From: an uncultured Clostridia bacterium
Lineage (GTDB): Bacteria > Bacillota > Clostridia > TANB77 > CAG-508
Assembly: GCA_944393325.1 (NCBI GenBank)
Contig: CALXZU010000004.1
Span: forward strand, 1 to 57,618
DNA: 57,618 nucleotides
Direction of reading: 5' to 3'
Below the pieces are notes generated by a model. That model saw only the letters and a list, made by a program, of their open reading frames with translations. It was not told where the DNA came from and did no database searches. The position numbers and the translations under genes are program-made. Positions 20,795 to 31,410 of this stretch are shown piece after piece; within the stretch, counting starts at the first letter, position 1, and each line of letters begins with the position of its first letter.

Positions 20795-21526
20795 ATGAAT
20801 CAGATTTTAATAACAAATTTAGATAAAAAAAATGCTGATAATGAAAATGTCATTGTCAGTTCAAATGAATTTAATAATTATAATAAAAAAGAAATACTTG
20901 ATAATTATACTATCCCTACTTATTACAACAATTACACAGATAATAAAATAGAAAAAAACAAAAAGTTTTTTAAACTACAATTCATTTTTTCTATTTTAAT
21001 CATTTTTACAACTATTTCTTTTTCTATTTATTATATTTACTCTTTAAAAAACAGAGAAAAAATCTCAGAGAATATTATTGGTAATTATAATATCTATAGA
21101 CTTTATGCAAATAATGAAGGAACTTCAGAAAAAACTATCGATAACAATCTTTTTGGCATTATTGAAATACCTAAAATTAACCTTTATTATCCAATTTTCT
21201 CAACTCTTTCTGAAGAAAATTTAAAAGTTTCTCCTTGTAAGTTTTATGGTTCTAATTTAGAGGAAAATACAAATATTTGTATAGCAGGACATAATTATAA
21301 TAATGATTTATTTTTTAGCCAAATAAATCAATTACAACCTCAAGATGAAATTTATATTTATGATTATACTGGTGTTAAATACACATATCAAGTAACTGAA
21401 AATTATGAAGTAAAAAAAGATGATCTTTCTCCTATATACATTTACAATGAAAATCAAAAAAATCTTACTCTTATTACTTGTAATAATTTAAATAATAACA
21501 GAATCATTATAAAAGCGATTCAGTAA
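20795..21526 (+). CDS. Sortase (class D/C-like), probable start at ATG 20795
   Basis: IAGHN, TLITC...R catalytic motifs, single TM. Confidence 0.85.
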   Translation: MNQILITNLDKKNADNENVIVSSNEFNNYNKKEILDNYTIPTYYNNYTDNKIEKNKKFFKLQFIFSILIIFTTISFSIYYIYSLKNREKISENIIGNYNIYRLYANNEGTSEKTIDNNLFGIIEIPKINLYYPIFSTLSEENLKVSPCKFYGSNLEENTNICIAGHNYNNDLFFSQINQLQPQDEIYIYDYTGVKYTYQVTENYEVKKDDLSPIYIYNENQKNLTLITCNNLNNNRIIIKAIQ

Positions 21527-21587
21527 TTTAAAAACAATAAAAGAGTAGAAAATCTCTACTCTTAATATCTATACATAAATTTATTAA

Positions 21588-22007
21588 CTAAATATTTCTA
21601 TAATCTTTAATTTTCTTATAAGCATATATTGCTGATATACCAAATACAACTACTAAAGCAGCAATTGGAAGACTATCACCTAAACCAGTACTTGGTAAAT
21701 TTGAATTGTTATAAACACTAGAGTTTCTATTAGTATTATTATTCCTGTTAGAGCTACTATTATTAGTTCTGTTTGTATTATTTGTACTATTATTTGTTCT
21801 ATTAGAACTATTATTAGTTGAATTAGAACTATTATTAGCACTATTTGATGTGTTACTAGAATTATTTCCAGAAGAACCATTTAATTGGTTTGTTATATCT
21901 GTAAAATTACTCAAATTTTCTGCTGCATTAACTGTTGTTGTAAATAAAATTACCATTACACTTAAAATTAAACTAAAAAATACTTTTAATAAATTTGATT
22001 TGTTCAT
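21588..22007 (-). CDS. Small LPXTG cell-wall-anchored protein with Asn/Ser-rich linker
   Basis: Signal peptide ending VNA-AE, LPSTG, hydrophobic segment, KKIK tail. Confidence 0.82.
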   Translation of the reverse strand: MNKSNLLKVFFSLILSVMVILFTTTVNAAENLSNFTDITNQLNGSSGNNSSNTSNSANNSSNSTNNSSNRTNNSTNNTNRTNNSSSNRNNNTNRNSSVYNNSNLPSTGLGDSLPIAALVVVFGISAIYAYKKIKDYRNI

Positions 22008-22221
22008 TATTTACTCTCCTCTACTTTTTAGATTTTTTACTATTATTATTTATACAAACATTAATTATTATACCATTTTTATAAATAAAATTCAAGTATT
22101 TGCATAAATATAACAATAATAAAATTTTTCTTACGTTCTTCGCTTTTAATTTTATACTTAAAAATATAATTCGTCAATAGGTTTTAACATTTTTTTATTT
22201 TACATTTATATTACAAAACTA

Positions 22222-23313
22222 TTACACATTAAACTTAAATAAAACAATATCTCCGTCTTGCATAATATAATCTTTTCCCTCTTGACGAACTAACCCTTTT
22301 TCTTTAGCAACGTTCATACTTCCACACTCCATTAATTCCTCAAAAGAAATAACTTCTGCTTTTATAAAACCTCTCTCAATATCAGAATGTATTTTACCTG
22401 CAGCTTGTGGTGCTTTAGTACCTTTTTTAATTGTCCAAGCTCTAACTTCAGGTTCTCCTGCTGTTAAAAATGACATTAACCCTAATAAGTCATATGATTT
22501 TTTAATAACTTTATCTAACCCAGACTCGTCTAAACCTAAAGCATCAAGCATTTCTTTTTTATCATTATCATCTAATCCTGATAATTCTTCTTCAATCTTA
22601 ACACATAATGGAATAACTTCAGCATTTTCTTTTGAAGCATATTCTTTAACTTTTAAAACAAGTGGGTCATTATCTACATTTTCCATTTGTTCTTCAGAAA
22701 TATTTGCAATATAAAGAATTGGTTTTGTTGTTAATAAAAACATATCTTTAACTAATTTTTGTTCATCTTCGTTAAATTCTAATGCTCTTGCAGAAATTCC
22801 ATTTTCTAAATTTTCTTTGATTCTTTCTAATAAATCAACTTCTTCTTGGTAACTTTTGCTAGCTTTTAAATTCTTTCTTGCTTTATCTAACCTTTTATTT
22901 ACAGTTTCTATGTCTGCAAAGATTAATTCTAAATTAATAGTTTCAATATCACGAACAGGATCAATACTACCATCTACGTGAACAATATTGCTATCATTAA
23001 AACATCTAACAACTTCACAAATAGCATCTGTTTCACGTATATGTGATAAAAACTTATTACCAAGCCCCTCACCTTTACTAGCACCTTTAACTAAACCTGC
23101 AATATCAACAAACTCAATAACTGCATGTGTTATTTTTTGAGGATTATACATTTTAGCTAGGCTATCTAACCTTTCATCTGGAACAGGAACAACTCCTACG
23201 TTTGGTTCAATTGTACAAAAAGGATAATTTGCACACTCTGCTCCAGCTTTTGTAATACTATTAAATAAAGTACTCTTTCCTACATTTGGAAGACCTACAA
23301 TTCCTAATTTCAT
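22222..23313 (-). CDS. ychF: Ribosome-associated ATPase YchF
   Basis: GIVGLPNVGKST, NYPFCTIEPN, DIAGLV, TGS domain. Confidence 0.96.
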   Translation of the reverse strand: MKLGIVGLPNVGKSTLFNSITKAGAECANYPFCTIEPNVGVVPVPDERLDSLAKMYNPQKITHAVIEFVDIAGLVKGASKGEGLGNKFLSHIRETDAICEVVRCFNDSNIVHVDGSIDPVRDIETINLELIFADIETVNKRLDKARKNLKASKSYQEEVDLLERIKENLENGISARALEFNEDEQKLVKDMFLLTTKPILYIANISEEQMENVDNDPLVLKVKEYASKENAEVIPLCVKIEEELSGLDDNDKKEMLDALGLDESGLDKVIKKSYDLLGLMSFLTAGEPEVRAWTIKKGTKAPQAAGKIHSDIERGFIKAEVISFEELMECGSMNVAKEKGLVRQEGKDYIMQDGDIVLFKFNV

Positions 23314-23382
23314 TCTTTATCTCTCCTATTTTATTTTTATCATTATTTTTATATTTATTTTTGTTTTTCTTTTTTTATTATT

Positions 23383-25320
23383 TTATTTAGCTTTGTTTTT
23401 AATCTCTTCTAAAAGTTTATTTTCAAATTCATCTAAGCTCATACTACCTATATCTCCATCTTTTCTTGAACGTATAGAGACTTTATTTTCATCTACTTCT
23501 TTTTGACCTATAACTAACATATAAGGAACTTTATGAAGCTGTGCCTCACGTATTTTATAACCTATTTTTTCATTTCTATCATCAATATGAACTCTTATTT
23601 CCTCTTTTAGAAGTTCTTCTTTTAATTTATTACAATAATCTACTTGGTTATCAGTAATCGGTAAAATTCTAACTTGTTCTGGAGAAAGCCATAAAGGTAA
23701 ATTTCCTTTTGTTTCTTCTAATAAAAATGAAATAAATCTATCAGAAGAACCAAGTATTGCTCTATGAATAACAACAGGTCTATGTGCTTTTCCATCTTCT
23801 GCTATATATTCAAGCTCAAATCTTTCAGGTAAAGCAAAATCTAATTGACAAGTAGGGATAGTTACATCATGATTTAGAGCTGTTCTTATTTGGATATCAA
23901 TTTTAGGTCCATAAAAAGCTGCTTCACCTTCTGCTTCATAAAAATCGATATTTAATTCTTTTAAGATTTCTCTTAATTGACTTTCTGCTGTCTCCCACAT
24001 TTCATCATTATCAATGTATTTTTCTTTATTATTTTTATCTCTTAAAGACAATCTATATTTAAAACTAGATGCAGGAAAACCAAAATCTTTTTGATAAACT
24101 TCTGTAATTAAATTTAGAATTTTACCAACTTCTTCTTTAATTTGGTCAGGTCTTACAAAAAGATGAGCATCATTTTGGCACATTTGACGAACTCTTTCTA
24201 ACCCACAAACACTACCACTTGCTTCATATCTAAAGTCATGCGCAAGTTCACCAATCTTTATTGGTAAATCACGGTATGAACGCATTTTGCTCTTGTAAAT
24301 CAGCATATGATGAGGACAATTCATTGGCCTTAAAACCATTTCCTCATTATCCATTTTCATAGCAGGAAACATATCATCTTTATAATGATCCCAATGTCCA
24401 CTAACCTTATATAACTCAACATTTGCAAGTGAAGGAGTATATACATGTTCATAGCCTAAAGCTAATTCTTTATCTTGTATATATCTTTCTAAAATCATTC
24501 TAATAGTTGCACCATTAGGTAAATACATAGGAAGACCTGCACCTACTAATTTATGAGTCATAAAGATTTCTAAATCTTTCCCTATTTTTCTGTGGTCTCT
24601 TTGTTTAGCTTCTTCTAAGAATTGTAAATATTCTTCAAGTTCAGATGCTTTAGGGAAAGAAATTGCATAAATTCTTTGAAGCATTTTATTTTTTTCATTA
24701 CCCCTCCAATAAGCCCCTGAAGAAGATAAAATTTTAACACATTTAATTTTACCAGTACTTTCCAAATGAGGTCCTGCACATAAATCTACAAAATCACCTT
24801 GTTTATAAAAACTAATCTCTTCACCATCTTCTAAATCATTTATTAATTCTTGTTTGTAAGGTTCTTCTTTCATTAAATCTAACGCTTCATTTTTAGGCAA
24901 AGAAAATCTTTCAATTTGTAAATTTTCTTTAATAATTTTTTTCATTTCTTGTTCAATATTTTCTTTATCTTCATCAGTAAAAGGTTTTTCTACATCAAAA
25001 TCATAATAAAAACCATTTTCAATAGCCGGTCCAATTGCAAGTTTGCTGTCTGGAAATAACCTTTTTACAGCTTGAGCCATTATATGAGAAGTTGTATGCC
25101 AATATGCTTTTTTCCCTTCTAAATCATCTTCCTTAAAAGTATGAATTACTAAAGAGCAATCTTTTTCTAATTCATATCTTAAATCTTTAACCTCTCCGTC
25201 AATTTCTCCACAAGTAGCTACTCTTGCTAAGCCTTCACTGATTTTTTTAGCAACATCTAAAATAGTACTTTTTTCCTCTACTTCTAAAATAGAGCCATCC
25301 TTTAAACTAACTTTAATCAT
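23383..25320 (-). CDS. thrS: Threonine--tRNA ligase
   Basis: TGS, HTTSHIMAQA, DLCAGPH, RPMNCPHH, GEAAFYGPKID. Confidence 0.97.
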   Translation of the reverse strand: MIKVSLKDGSILEVEEKSTILDVAKKISEGLARVATCGEIDGEVKDLRYELEKDCSLVIHTFKEDDLEGKKAYWHTTSHIMAQAVKRLFPDSKLAIGPAIENGFYYDFDVEKPFTDEDKENIEQEMKKIIKENLQIERFSLPKNEALDLMKEEPYKQELINDLEDGEEISFYKQGDFVDLCAGPHLESTGKIKCVKILSSSGAYWRGNEKNKMLQRIYAISFPKASELEEYLQFLEEAKQRDHRKIGKDLEIFMTHKLVGAGLPMYLPNGATIRMILERYIQDKELALGYEHVYTPSLANVELYKVSGHWDHYKDDMFPAMKMDNEEMVLRPMNCPHHMLIYKSKMRSYRDLPIKIGELAHDFRYEASGSVCGLERVRQMCQNDAHLFVRPDQIKEEVGKILNLITEVYQKDFGFPASSFKYRLSLRDKNNKEKYIDNDEMWETAESQLREILKELNIDFYEAEGEAAFYGPKIDIQIRTALNHDVTIPTCQLDFALPERFELEYIAEDGKAHRPVVIHRAILGSSDRFISFLLEETKGNLPLWLSPEQVRILPITDNQVDYCNKLKEELLKEEIRVHIDDRNEKIGYKIREAQLHKVPYMLVIGQKEVDENKVSIRSRKDGDIGSMSLDEFENKLLEEIKNKAK

Positions 25321-25384
25321 ATCTAAAAACCTCCTTTGTTCATGGGGACTTTTCCTTTACTAACACTTATGTCGCATTTTGGAC

Positions 25385-25625
25385 ACATCTTTGCATCAAA
25401 AAACTCCCATGGACTTTTATTTCCATAGGAGTGCTTATTTAAACACGGTTCCATCCTATTTTTAACTTAATTAAAAAGATTGTAACGTATCTTTAAACGT
25501 CTGGCTTATTCACCAGAAACTTTGAAGAGTTAGTTTTCAAATAGCTTTCCTTAAATTAGCTTCCAGCCTATGACTAATTCTCTCTAAAAGTAATTTCTAT
25601 TCTACTTTTCTCTTACTTGTTTTTA
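25385..25625 (-). ncRNA. T-box riboswitch leader of thrS
   Basis: T-box AATAGGATGGAACCGTG at about 25444-25460 followed by terminator CTCCTATGG...CCATGGGAG-U tract; AG-rich stem I upstream; boundaries approximate. Confidence 0.8.
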
Positions 25626-25752
25626 TCTTATGTAAATAGTTTAATATCTTTTTTGCGAAAAGTCAATAGAATTTATTTACTTTTTTGTTTTTTTGTTATA
25701 TAATTTTAAAGGTTTGTATTAAATTTCTTTTTAAATCAAAAGAAATATCCAT

Positions 25753-25828
25753 GCTTCCATAGCTCAGTAGGTAGAGTGCTACCTTGGTAAGGTAGAGGTC
25801 ACGGGTTCAATTCCCGTTGGAAGCCCCA
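25753..25828 (+). tRNA. tRNA-Thr(GGT)
   Basis: 76-nt cloverleaf: GCTTCCA/TGGAAGC acceptor, CTACC-TTGGTAA-GGTAG anticodon arm, TTCAATT T loop, encoded CCA. Confidence 0.96.
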
Positions 25829-25873
25829 TGAAGAAACATTTTTTATGTTTCTTTTTTATTTTAATTTGAAATT

Positions 25874-26224
25874 TTATTTCTGTTTTTCCCATATTCTTAA
25901 TATGTTTTTCTTATCATAATCTATCAATTTAAATAACCCTAAAAATCTATATTTTTCTTCATTATTATTTTCAACTTTTTCTTTTATAAATAAATATGTA
26001 TATTTGACATCAGTATAGAAATTATTATTTTCCATATCTTTTTGACTTAATTCTTCAAACCATAATCTATTCTTACATCTCATTTTATTAGTGTTATTAT
26101 TTTTTATTACATAAACATTATATCTTCTTTTATCTATGTTTGATAAATAACTATATACCTCACTTTCTTTTGAAAATATTATTTCTTCTTCTATTTTTTT
26201 GTTATCTTTCTCCATTTTTAACAC
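25874..26224 (-). CDS. Hypothetical protein
   Basis: 116 aa ORF; YRFLGLFKL ending loosely resembles nuclease-associated SRA-like domains. Confidence 0.45.
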   Translation of the reverse strand: MLKMEKDNKKIEEEIIFSKESEVYSYLSNIDKRRYNVYVIKNNNTNKMRCKNRLWFEELSQKDMENNNFYTDVKYTYLFIKEKVENNNEEKYRFLGLFKLIDYDKKNILRIWEKQK

Positions 26225-26327
26225 CTCTTTCCTTCTATACTATTTATATTACATTTTTAAAAATCCTTCTATCATGTCGGTCACAAAATGTAGAAAAAAG
26301 TAGCTTTAAAACTACTTTTTTATCTTT

Positions 26328-27290
26328 TTATATTCCACTATTTTCTTCTATTCCTGTTGCAATCACTGTTACATTTACTTCATCTTTTAAGTTTTCATCA
26401 ATTACTGTTCCAAAAATAATATTTGCATCATCATCTACTTTATCATTAATTACTTTTATTGCACTATCAATTTCTGTTAAACTCAAGTTTTCTCCTCCAG
26501 TTACATTGAATATTACACCTTTTGCACCGTCAATTGTATTTTCAGTTAATGGATTTGCAATTGCTTGTTCTACTGCTTCTTTTACTCTTAACTCTCCTTC
26601 TGCTTTTCCTATCCCCATATATGCTTTTCCTTTATAACTAAATATAGTTTTTATATCTGCAAAATCAAGATTTATTTGACCTACTGTTGTTATTAAATCT
26701 GTTATACTTTGTATTCCTTGTTTTACGACATCATTTGCTAAGAAAAATGCTTCTTTTAAAGGAGTATTTTTATTTGCTACTTTTAATAAATTATCATTTA
26801 ATATTACAATTAATGCATTTACATTTTCTTTTAATCTCTCTATTCCTGCTTTTGCTCTCATATCTCTTAATTTTCCCTCAAACATGAACGGTTTAGTAAC
26901 AAATCCAACAGTTAAAATTCCCATTTCTTTTGCCACTTCTGCAACTACTGGTGCTGCTCCTGTACCAGTTCCTCCTCCCATGCCTGCTGTTACAAAAAGC
27001 ATATCTGTATTTTGAAGAATATTTTCAATTTCACTTTTGCTTTCTCTTGCTGCCCTTTCCCCAACAACTTCATTTGCTCCTGCTCCTAATCCTTTTGTTG
27101 TTTCTTTTCCTATTTGTAATACATTTCTATAATTTATTCTTTTCAATATTCCCATTTCAGTATTTATTAAATATGGTTCTATATTTTTTACATTTTCATT
27201 TATGATATGGATTACTGCGTTATTTCCGCCTCCACCTACTCCAATTACCTTTATTTTTACTCCATTATCGACACTTTCGTTATTCCACAC
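26328..27290 (-). CDS. ftsZ: FtsZ-family GTPase lacking the C-terminal linker and peptide
   Basis: KVIGVGGGGNNA, GLGAGA, GMGGGTGTG, NLDFAD (T7 loop); ends VIATGIEENSGI at 320 aa. Confidence 0.88.
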   Translation of the reverse strand: MWNNESVDNGVKIKVIGVGGGGNNAVIHIINENVKNIEPYLINTEMGILKRINYRNVLQIGKETTKGLGAGANEVVGERAARESKSEIENILQNTDMLFVTAGMGGGTGTGAAPVVAEVAKEMGILTVGFVTKPFMFEGKLRDMRAKAGIERLKENVNALIVILNDNLLKVANKNTPLKEAFFLANDVVKQGIQSITDLITTVGQINLDFADIKTIFSYKGKAYMGIGKAEGELRVKEAVEQAIANPLTENTIDGAKGVIFNVTGGENLSLTEIDSAIKVINDKVDDDANIIFGTVIDENLKDEVNVTVIATGIEENSGI

Positions 27291-27348
27291 TTTTAATTCC
27301 TCCTATGTTTTACATTTAATATTTCTTTTTTCTAATTTTACCTTAAAA

Positions 27349-27377
27349 AGTATAACACTCTATTTTAATTTTGTCTA
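27349..27377 (-). promoter_or_regulatory. SigA-type promoter of the ftsZ-like gene
   Basis: TAGACA-17 bp-TATACT with TG extended -10. Confidence 0.55.
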
Positions 27378-27404
27378 TGAAAATAGAAAAAAAGAAAATA
27401 AACC

Positions 27405-28064
27405 TTAATTAGGCTGATTTTCTTTTTTGCTTATATTTTTAATTGCTTTTTTTCTTATTCTTTGGATAGCATTATCTACTGACTTTACTGGAGAATCTAA
27501 CTTCTCTGCAATCTTAACATAGCTTTCTCCTTTTAAAAATCTGTCTAACACTTGTTTTTCAAATTTACTTAAATTTTTATTTACTGCATCTTCTACTTCT
27601 TTATAGTACTCTTGTTTCATTATTGTATCCAATGGATCTTCTATTGTTTTACTATTAAAAGTTTCAAGTAATTCTACACTTTCATCATCATTATTATCAT
27701 ATGCTGACATGTTTAATGATAAATACGAATTAAGTGGCATGTGTTTTTGTCTGTTAGAACTTTTAATAGCTGTTATTAATTGTCTTTCTATACATATATT
27801 AGCAAATGACTTAAAAGAGTTCTGTTTTTTTGCATCAAAACTTTTTATGGCTTTAAATAATCCTATCATTCCTTCTTGAACTGTGTCTTCTTTTTCTGCT
27901 CCTATTATAAAATATTTACTTACCTTCATATTCACAAGTTCTTTATATTTATTTAGAATATAACTTAAAGCCTCTTCATCTCCTTCATGTATTTTGTCTA
28001 TTATTTGTTCATCTGTTAAATTATAATATCTATCAGTTGTAAAAAATACATCCTTTTTTTGCAT
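27405..28064 (-). CDS. sigH: RNA polymerase sigma factor SigH
   Basis: YFIIGAEKEDTVQEGMIGLFKAI, SNRQKHMPLNSYLSL, KSVDNAIQRIRKK. Confidence 0.93.
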   Translation of the reverse strand: MQKKDVFFTTDRYYNLTDEQIIDKIHEGDEEALSYILNKYKELVNMKVSKYFIIGAEKEDTVQEGMIGLFKAIKSFDAKKQNSFKSFANICIERQLITAIKSSNRQKHMPLNSYLSLNMSAYDNNDDESVELLETFNSKTIEDPLDTIMKQEYYKEVEDAVNKNLSKFEKQVLDRFLKGESYVKIAEKLDSPVKSVDNAIQRIRKKAIKNISKKENQPN

Positions 28065-28160
28065 GTGTCAATGTTACCTCCAAAGTGCTTTTTAATATTA
28101 TATATATCTAAAATACTGTTGTCAAGTAAATTTGCTATATTTCGTGGATTTTTATGCTTT

Positions 28161-29888
28161 TTAGTCGCCCATAAGCTCATTTTTGAACATATCCCAAACT
28201 TCTTCTGTTTCCATATCTTTTTCCCAAGCTGCTACTCCTGCTAAATTATTTTCTTTTATTAAAGATATTTTTGCCTTTAAAGAATCGATGTCTTCTATCC
28301 ATATTTCTTTTTTATTGTTTCCATCCATATATTCTACATAATTTTGTTTTAATTCATCATCCCAAGTTTTTTCTACTCCTTCTGGGATAACACTTTCTAT
28401 ATCTTTCATAGAAACTGTATTTCTTCCTACTATTTCACCTGAAGAATTAGTTGTCCATATTCTTGTATAGAAAGGTACTGCTAAAATTAATTTTTCTTCT
28501 TCTATTTCTTCTGTTTGTAAAAACTTAACCAAATTTAAATTCACCCAATTATATCCCGCTGTTGTTCCTGGTTTTGTACTTGATGTTCCGTTTTGATCAT
28601 AAGCCATGAATATGATATAATCCGCAACATCTCCTATTACATGTCTATCAAAACACATAGACCACGTATCAGCTCCATCTGGTGCTGTTACATCAACAGA
28701 TAGTACTTTTCCTTTTTCTTTTAATCTTGGTGTTAGTTCTATTATAAATCTTGAGTACATGTCCACATCTTCTGCATACATATTTTCAAAATCTATATTT
28801 ATACCATCTAAATTATATTGTTCGCATTTTTCTACAATTTCTTCTATTAATTTTTTTCTATTTTCATAACTATTCATTATATTAGATGTAACATCTAAAC
28901 TTTCTCTTGCCGCATATGCGTTTGATACCATTGGCCATATTTTATATCCATTATTATGTGCCCAGTTTATATAGTTTTCTCCATCTTCCCCTATATTTTC
29001 TTGTAAATCTCCTTCTTCATCTATATAGAAAAATGCAGGTGATACAACATTTATTCCATCTATCGTTGTTCCGCTTCTATCTGGTGCTGTTACATATTCT
29101 GAAAAATAATCCCAAACAAGATTTATCTTTCCATCTATTTGTTTTTCTTCTACTCGCTTTTCCCTTGCAACAACTTCATTTTCTAATATATTTGATTTTA
29201 TTATACCTATTTTTCCATCACTAGTTCTAATTCTTGCATAATTACCATCTACAGATATTACAATAACCGCTTCACCTTTATCTATTCTATCAACTGTTCT
29301 TGATATAAAATTACTAGAAGATTTTACTGCTGTATTTTTTGTAACATTTGCTCTTCTTTGTTCTCTATCCAAAGAATCCATAGTAATTACTTTAGTTTCT
29401 GGTATATTCTGAATTTCTATATCATAAACATCAGACATTTCAGATATTGGTAAATATATCTCTCCATCTTTTTCTTTTGCATGTGCTGAAATCTCTTTAT
29501 CTGTACCATTTATATTGATTATATTCTCATCAAAACCAATTTCTGCAATTTTATTTCCATATGTAGTTATTATTTTATTTGTTTCTTCATCTAAATACAT
29601 ATATTTATCAAAAAAATTACTAATATCTGCTTCTGATAAATATATAATATCATTTTCTATTAAAATGTCATTTCTTAAATCAACTGTTACATTTTTATTA
29701 TTAATCACCAGATTTGTTGTTTCATTGTTATCTAAAATAATATAATTATTTAAAATCATAGCTATTATAAAAATAATAAACAATGCTATAATTGTAATTA
29801 CTGTTATTTTCACAGCTTTTCTATTTCCATTTACTACCTCTTTAGCTCTCTTTGGTTCTTTTTCCACTACTCTTTTTCCTTTTCCCAT
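28161..29888 (-). CDS. GH18 glycosyl hydrolase with N-terminal TM, amine-oxidase-like stalk and SH3-like domain
   Basis: LDGINIDFE catalytic motif, FMAYDQ, LAVPFY, GVAAWE. Confidence 0.85.
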   Translation of the reverse strand: MGKGKRVVEKEPKRAKEVVNGNRKAVKITVITIIALFIIFIIAMILNNYIILDNNETTNLVINNKNVTVDLRNDILIENDIIYLSEADISNFFDKYMYLDEETNKIITTYGNKIAEIGFDENIININGTDKEISAHAKEKDGEIYLPISEMSDVYDIEIQNIPETKVITMDSLDREQRRANVTKNTAVKSSSNFISRTVDRIDKGEAVIVISVDGNYARIRTSDGKIGIIKSNILENEVVAREKRVEEKQIDGKINLVWDYFSEYVTAPDRSGTTIDGINVVSPAFFYIDEEGDLQENIGEDGENYINWAHNNGYKIWPMVSNAYAARESLDVTSNIMNSYENRKKLIEEIVEKCEQYNLDGINIDFENMYAEDVDMYSRFIIELTPRLKEKGKVLSVDVTAPDGADTWSMCFDRHVIGDVADYIIFMAYDQNGTSSTKPGTTAGYNWVNLNLVKFLQTEEIEEEKLILAVPFYTRIWTTNSSGEIVGRNTVSMKDIESVIPEGVEKTWDDELKQNYVEYMDGNNKKEIWIEDIDSLKAKISLIKENNLAGVAAWEKDMETEEVWDMFKNELMGD

Positions 29889-29975
29889 TTGTATTTCTCC
29901 TTATAATATTTTTTTACCTTCTTAATATAACATAACTATTATTTTCTATAAATAGTTTTTAGAAAAAATTAATAA

Positions 29976-30656
29976 TTATTTTTTAATTGTTTTTAGAAAC
30001 TCTTTTTGTTCTTTGCTTAATCTATATGATTCCCTTGCTTTTTGTATTGCTTTATTATATGTAAAATCATCTAAAATAGCCTCTTTTTCTAAGTATCTAA
30101 CAGTTCTTTCATAATATTTAATTATACAAATAGATATCGCCCATGCTAATGCCATTTTCACATAATATCTATCTGATTTTATATTATTAAAAATTTTGAA
30201 ATTCTCTTCTAAATATTTTTCATCTATAAAATATCCAAGTATCATAACTATTGCAAATCTAAGTTCAAATTCTTTATCTGATTTTAAATATTTTTGTATG
30301 AATTCCCACATTTCTTCTTTATATTTTTTTGTTATCTTTAAACTTGTACAAAAAGTATCACAAGTAGCCCAATTATCAATTTTAGGCACAAATTCTTCTA
30401 TATATTTTAAAATAGTATTGATTTTTTCTTTTGCTCCTCCTATTACCATTCCTTGAAGCATTATTTCTTCGTAATAGTTATCATTTATATTTTCCATTAA
30501 TTCTTTCAGTGTGTATTTTTTTAATAGTTCTTTTGCTAACTTTCTAAGTTCTGGTATTCTTACACCTATTATATTTACAACTCCTGGGCATAGTCCTTTT
30601 TGAAATTCTTGATACTTTTTATCTTGAAGACTATATAATGTTTTTTCTATATCCAA
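29976..30656 (-). CDS. DNA alkylation repair protein, AlkD-like
   Basis: GVRIPELRKLAK, IDNWATCD, YYVKMALAW. Confidence 0.85.
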   Translation of the reverse strand: MDIEKTLYSLQDKKYQEFQKGLCPGVVNIIGVRIPELRKLAKELLKKYTLKELMENINDNYYEEIMLQGMVIGGAKEKINTILKYIEEFVPKIDNWATCDTFCTSLKITKKYKEEMWEFIQKYLKSDKEFELRFAIVMILGYFIDEKYLEENFKIFNNIKSDRYYVKMALAWAISICIIKYYERTVRYLEKEAILDDFTYNKAIQKARESYRLSKEQKEFLKTIKK

Positions 30657-30672
30657 TTAAAATTCCCCATTT

Positions 30673-31236
30673 CTATTTCATTCCTAGTTCTCTATTTATG
30701 CTATATAAAAGTTTATCTAGTTTATGATTATAACGTGATATTTTCTTTAATATGCTTCTTTTATCTACCATATTTACTATATCTTCTCTAATTTCTTCTA
30801 CACTCGTTATTTTATGTTCTAAATTAATTTCTTGATTATATAAAAATTTTTTTATTAAACTTTTTTTAGGTTTATTTTCATATATGTAATTTATTTCTTC
30901 ATTTAATCTACTTGCTTCTTCCATCAGTCTATCTGCATTATTATAAAAATTATATCTATTACGATTTCTTGATAATTTATTTAAATTTCTCCTAAAATTT
31001 ATAATTTTATATCTCATTTCTTCTAATTCTTTTTTTAATTCTATGATATTTCTACTATCCCTTTCTTTTGCTCCATGAATTACTTCTATTACAACTCCTG
31101 TTGTACATGCAATTATAAAACTTAAAGATATATTTGTGACTATTTCTACATCTCTATAGTATGCAACTATTGTAAGTGCAACTAATAACAATATTATGAA
31201 CATCATAACTAATACTACTTTTTTATAATTTTCCAT
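30673..31236 (-). CDS. Hypothetical membrane protein
   Basis: Two N-terminal TM segments then coiled coil. Confidence 0.6.
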   Translation of the reverse strand: MENYKKVVLVMMFIILLLVALTIVAYYRDVEIVTNISLSFIIACTTGVVIEVIHGAKERDSRNIIELKKELEEMRYKIINFRRNLNKLSRNRNRYNFYNNADRLMEEASRLNEEINYIYENKPKKSLIKKFLYNQEINLEHKITSVEEIREDIVNMVDKRSILKKISRYNHKLDKLLYSINRELGMK

Positions 31237-31375
31237 TTCAACATCCTTCTTTCTTATTTTTTTGTTTATAATATCATAAGTTTAAGAATTGTTCAAGAAA
31301 AATATAATTGTTTAAAATAAGAAGATTCTTAAAAATATTGATTTATTATATTTTAGAAAGTTTTTTATTTTTACA

Positions 31376-31410
31376 ATAAATATCCACCAGCTTAGCTAGT
31401 GGATATTTAT
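31376..31410 (-). terminator. Terminator after the cotJC 3' fragment
   Basis: ATAAATATCCAC...GTGGATATTTAT inverted repeat. Confidence 0.65.
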
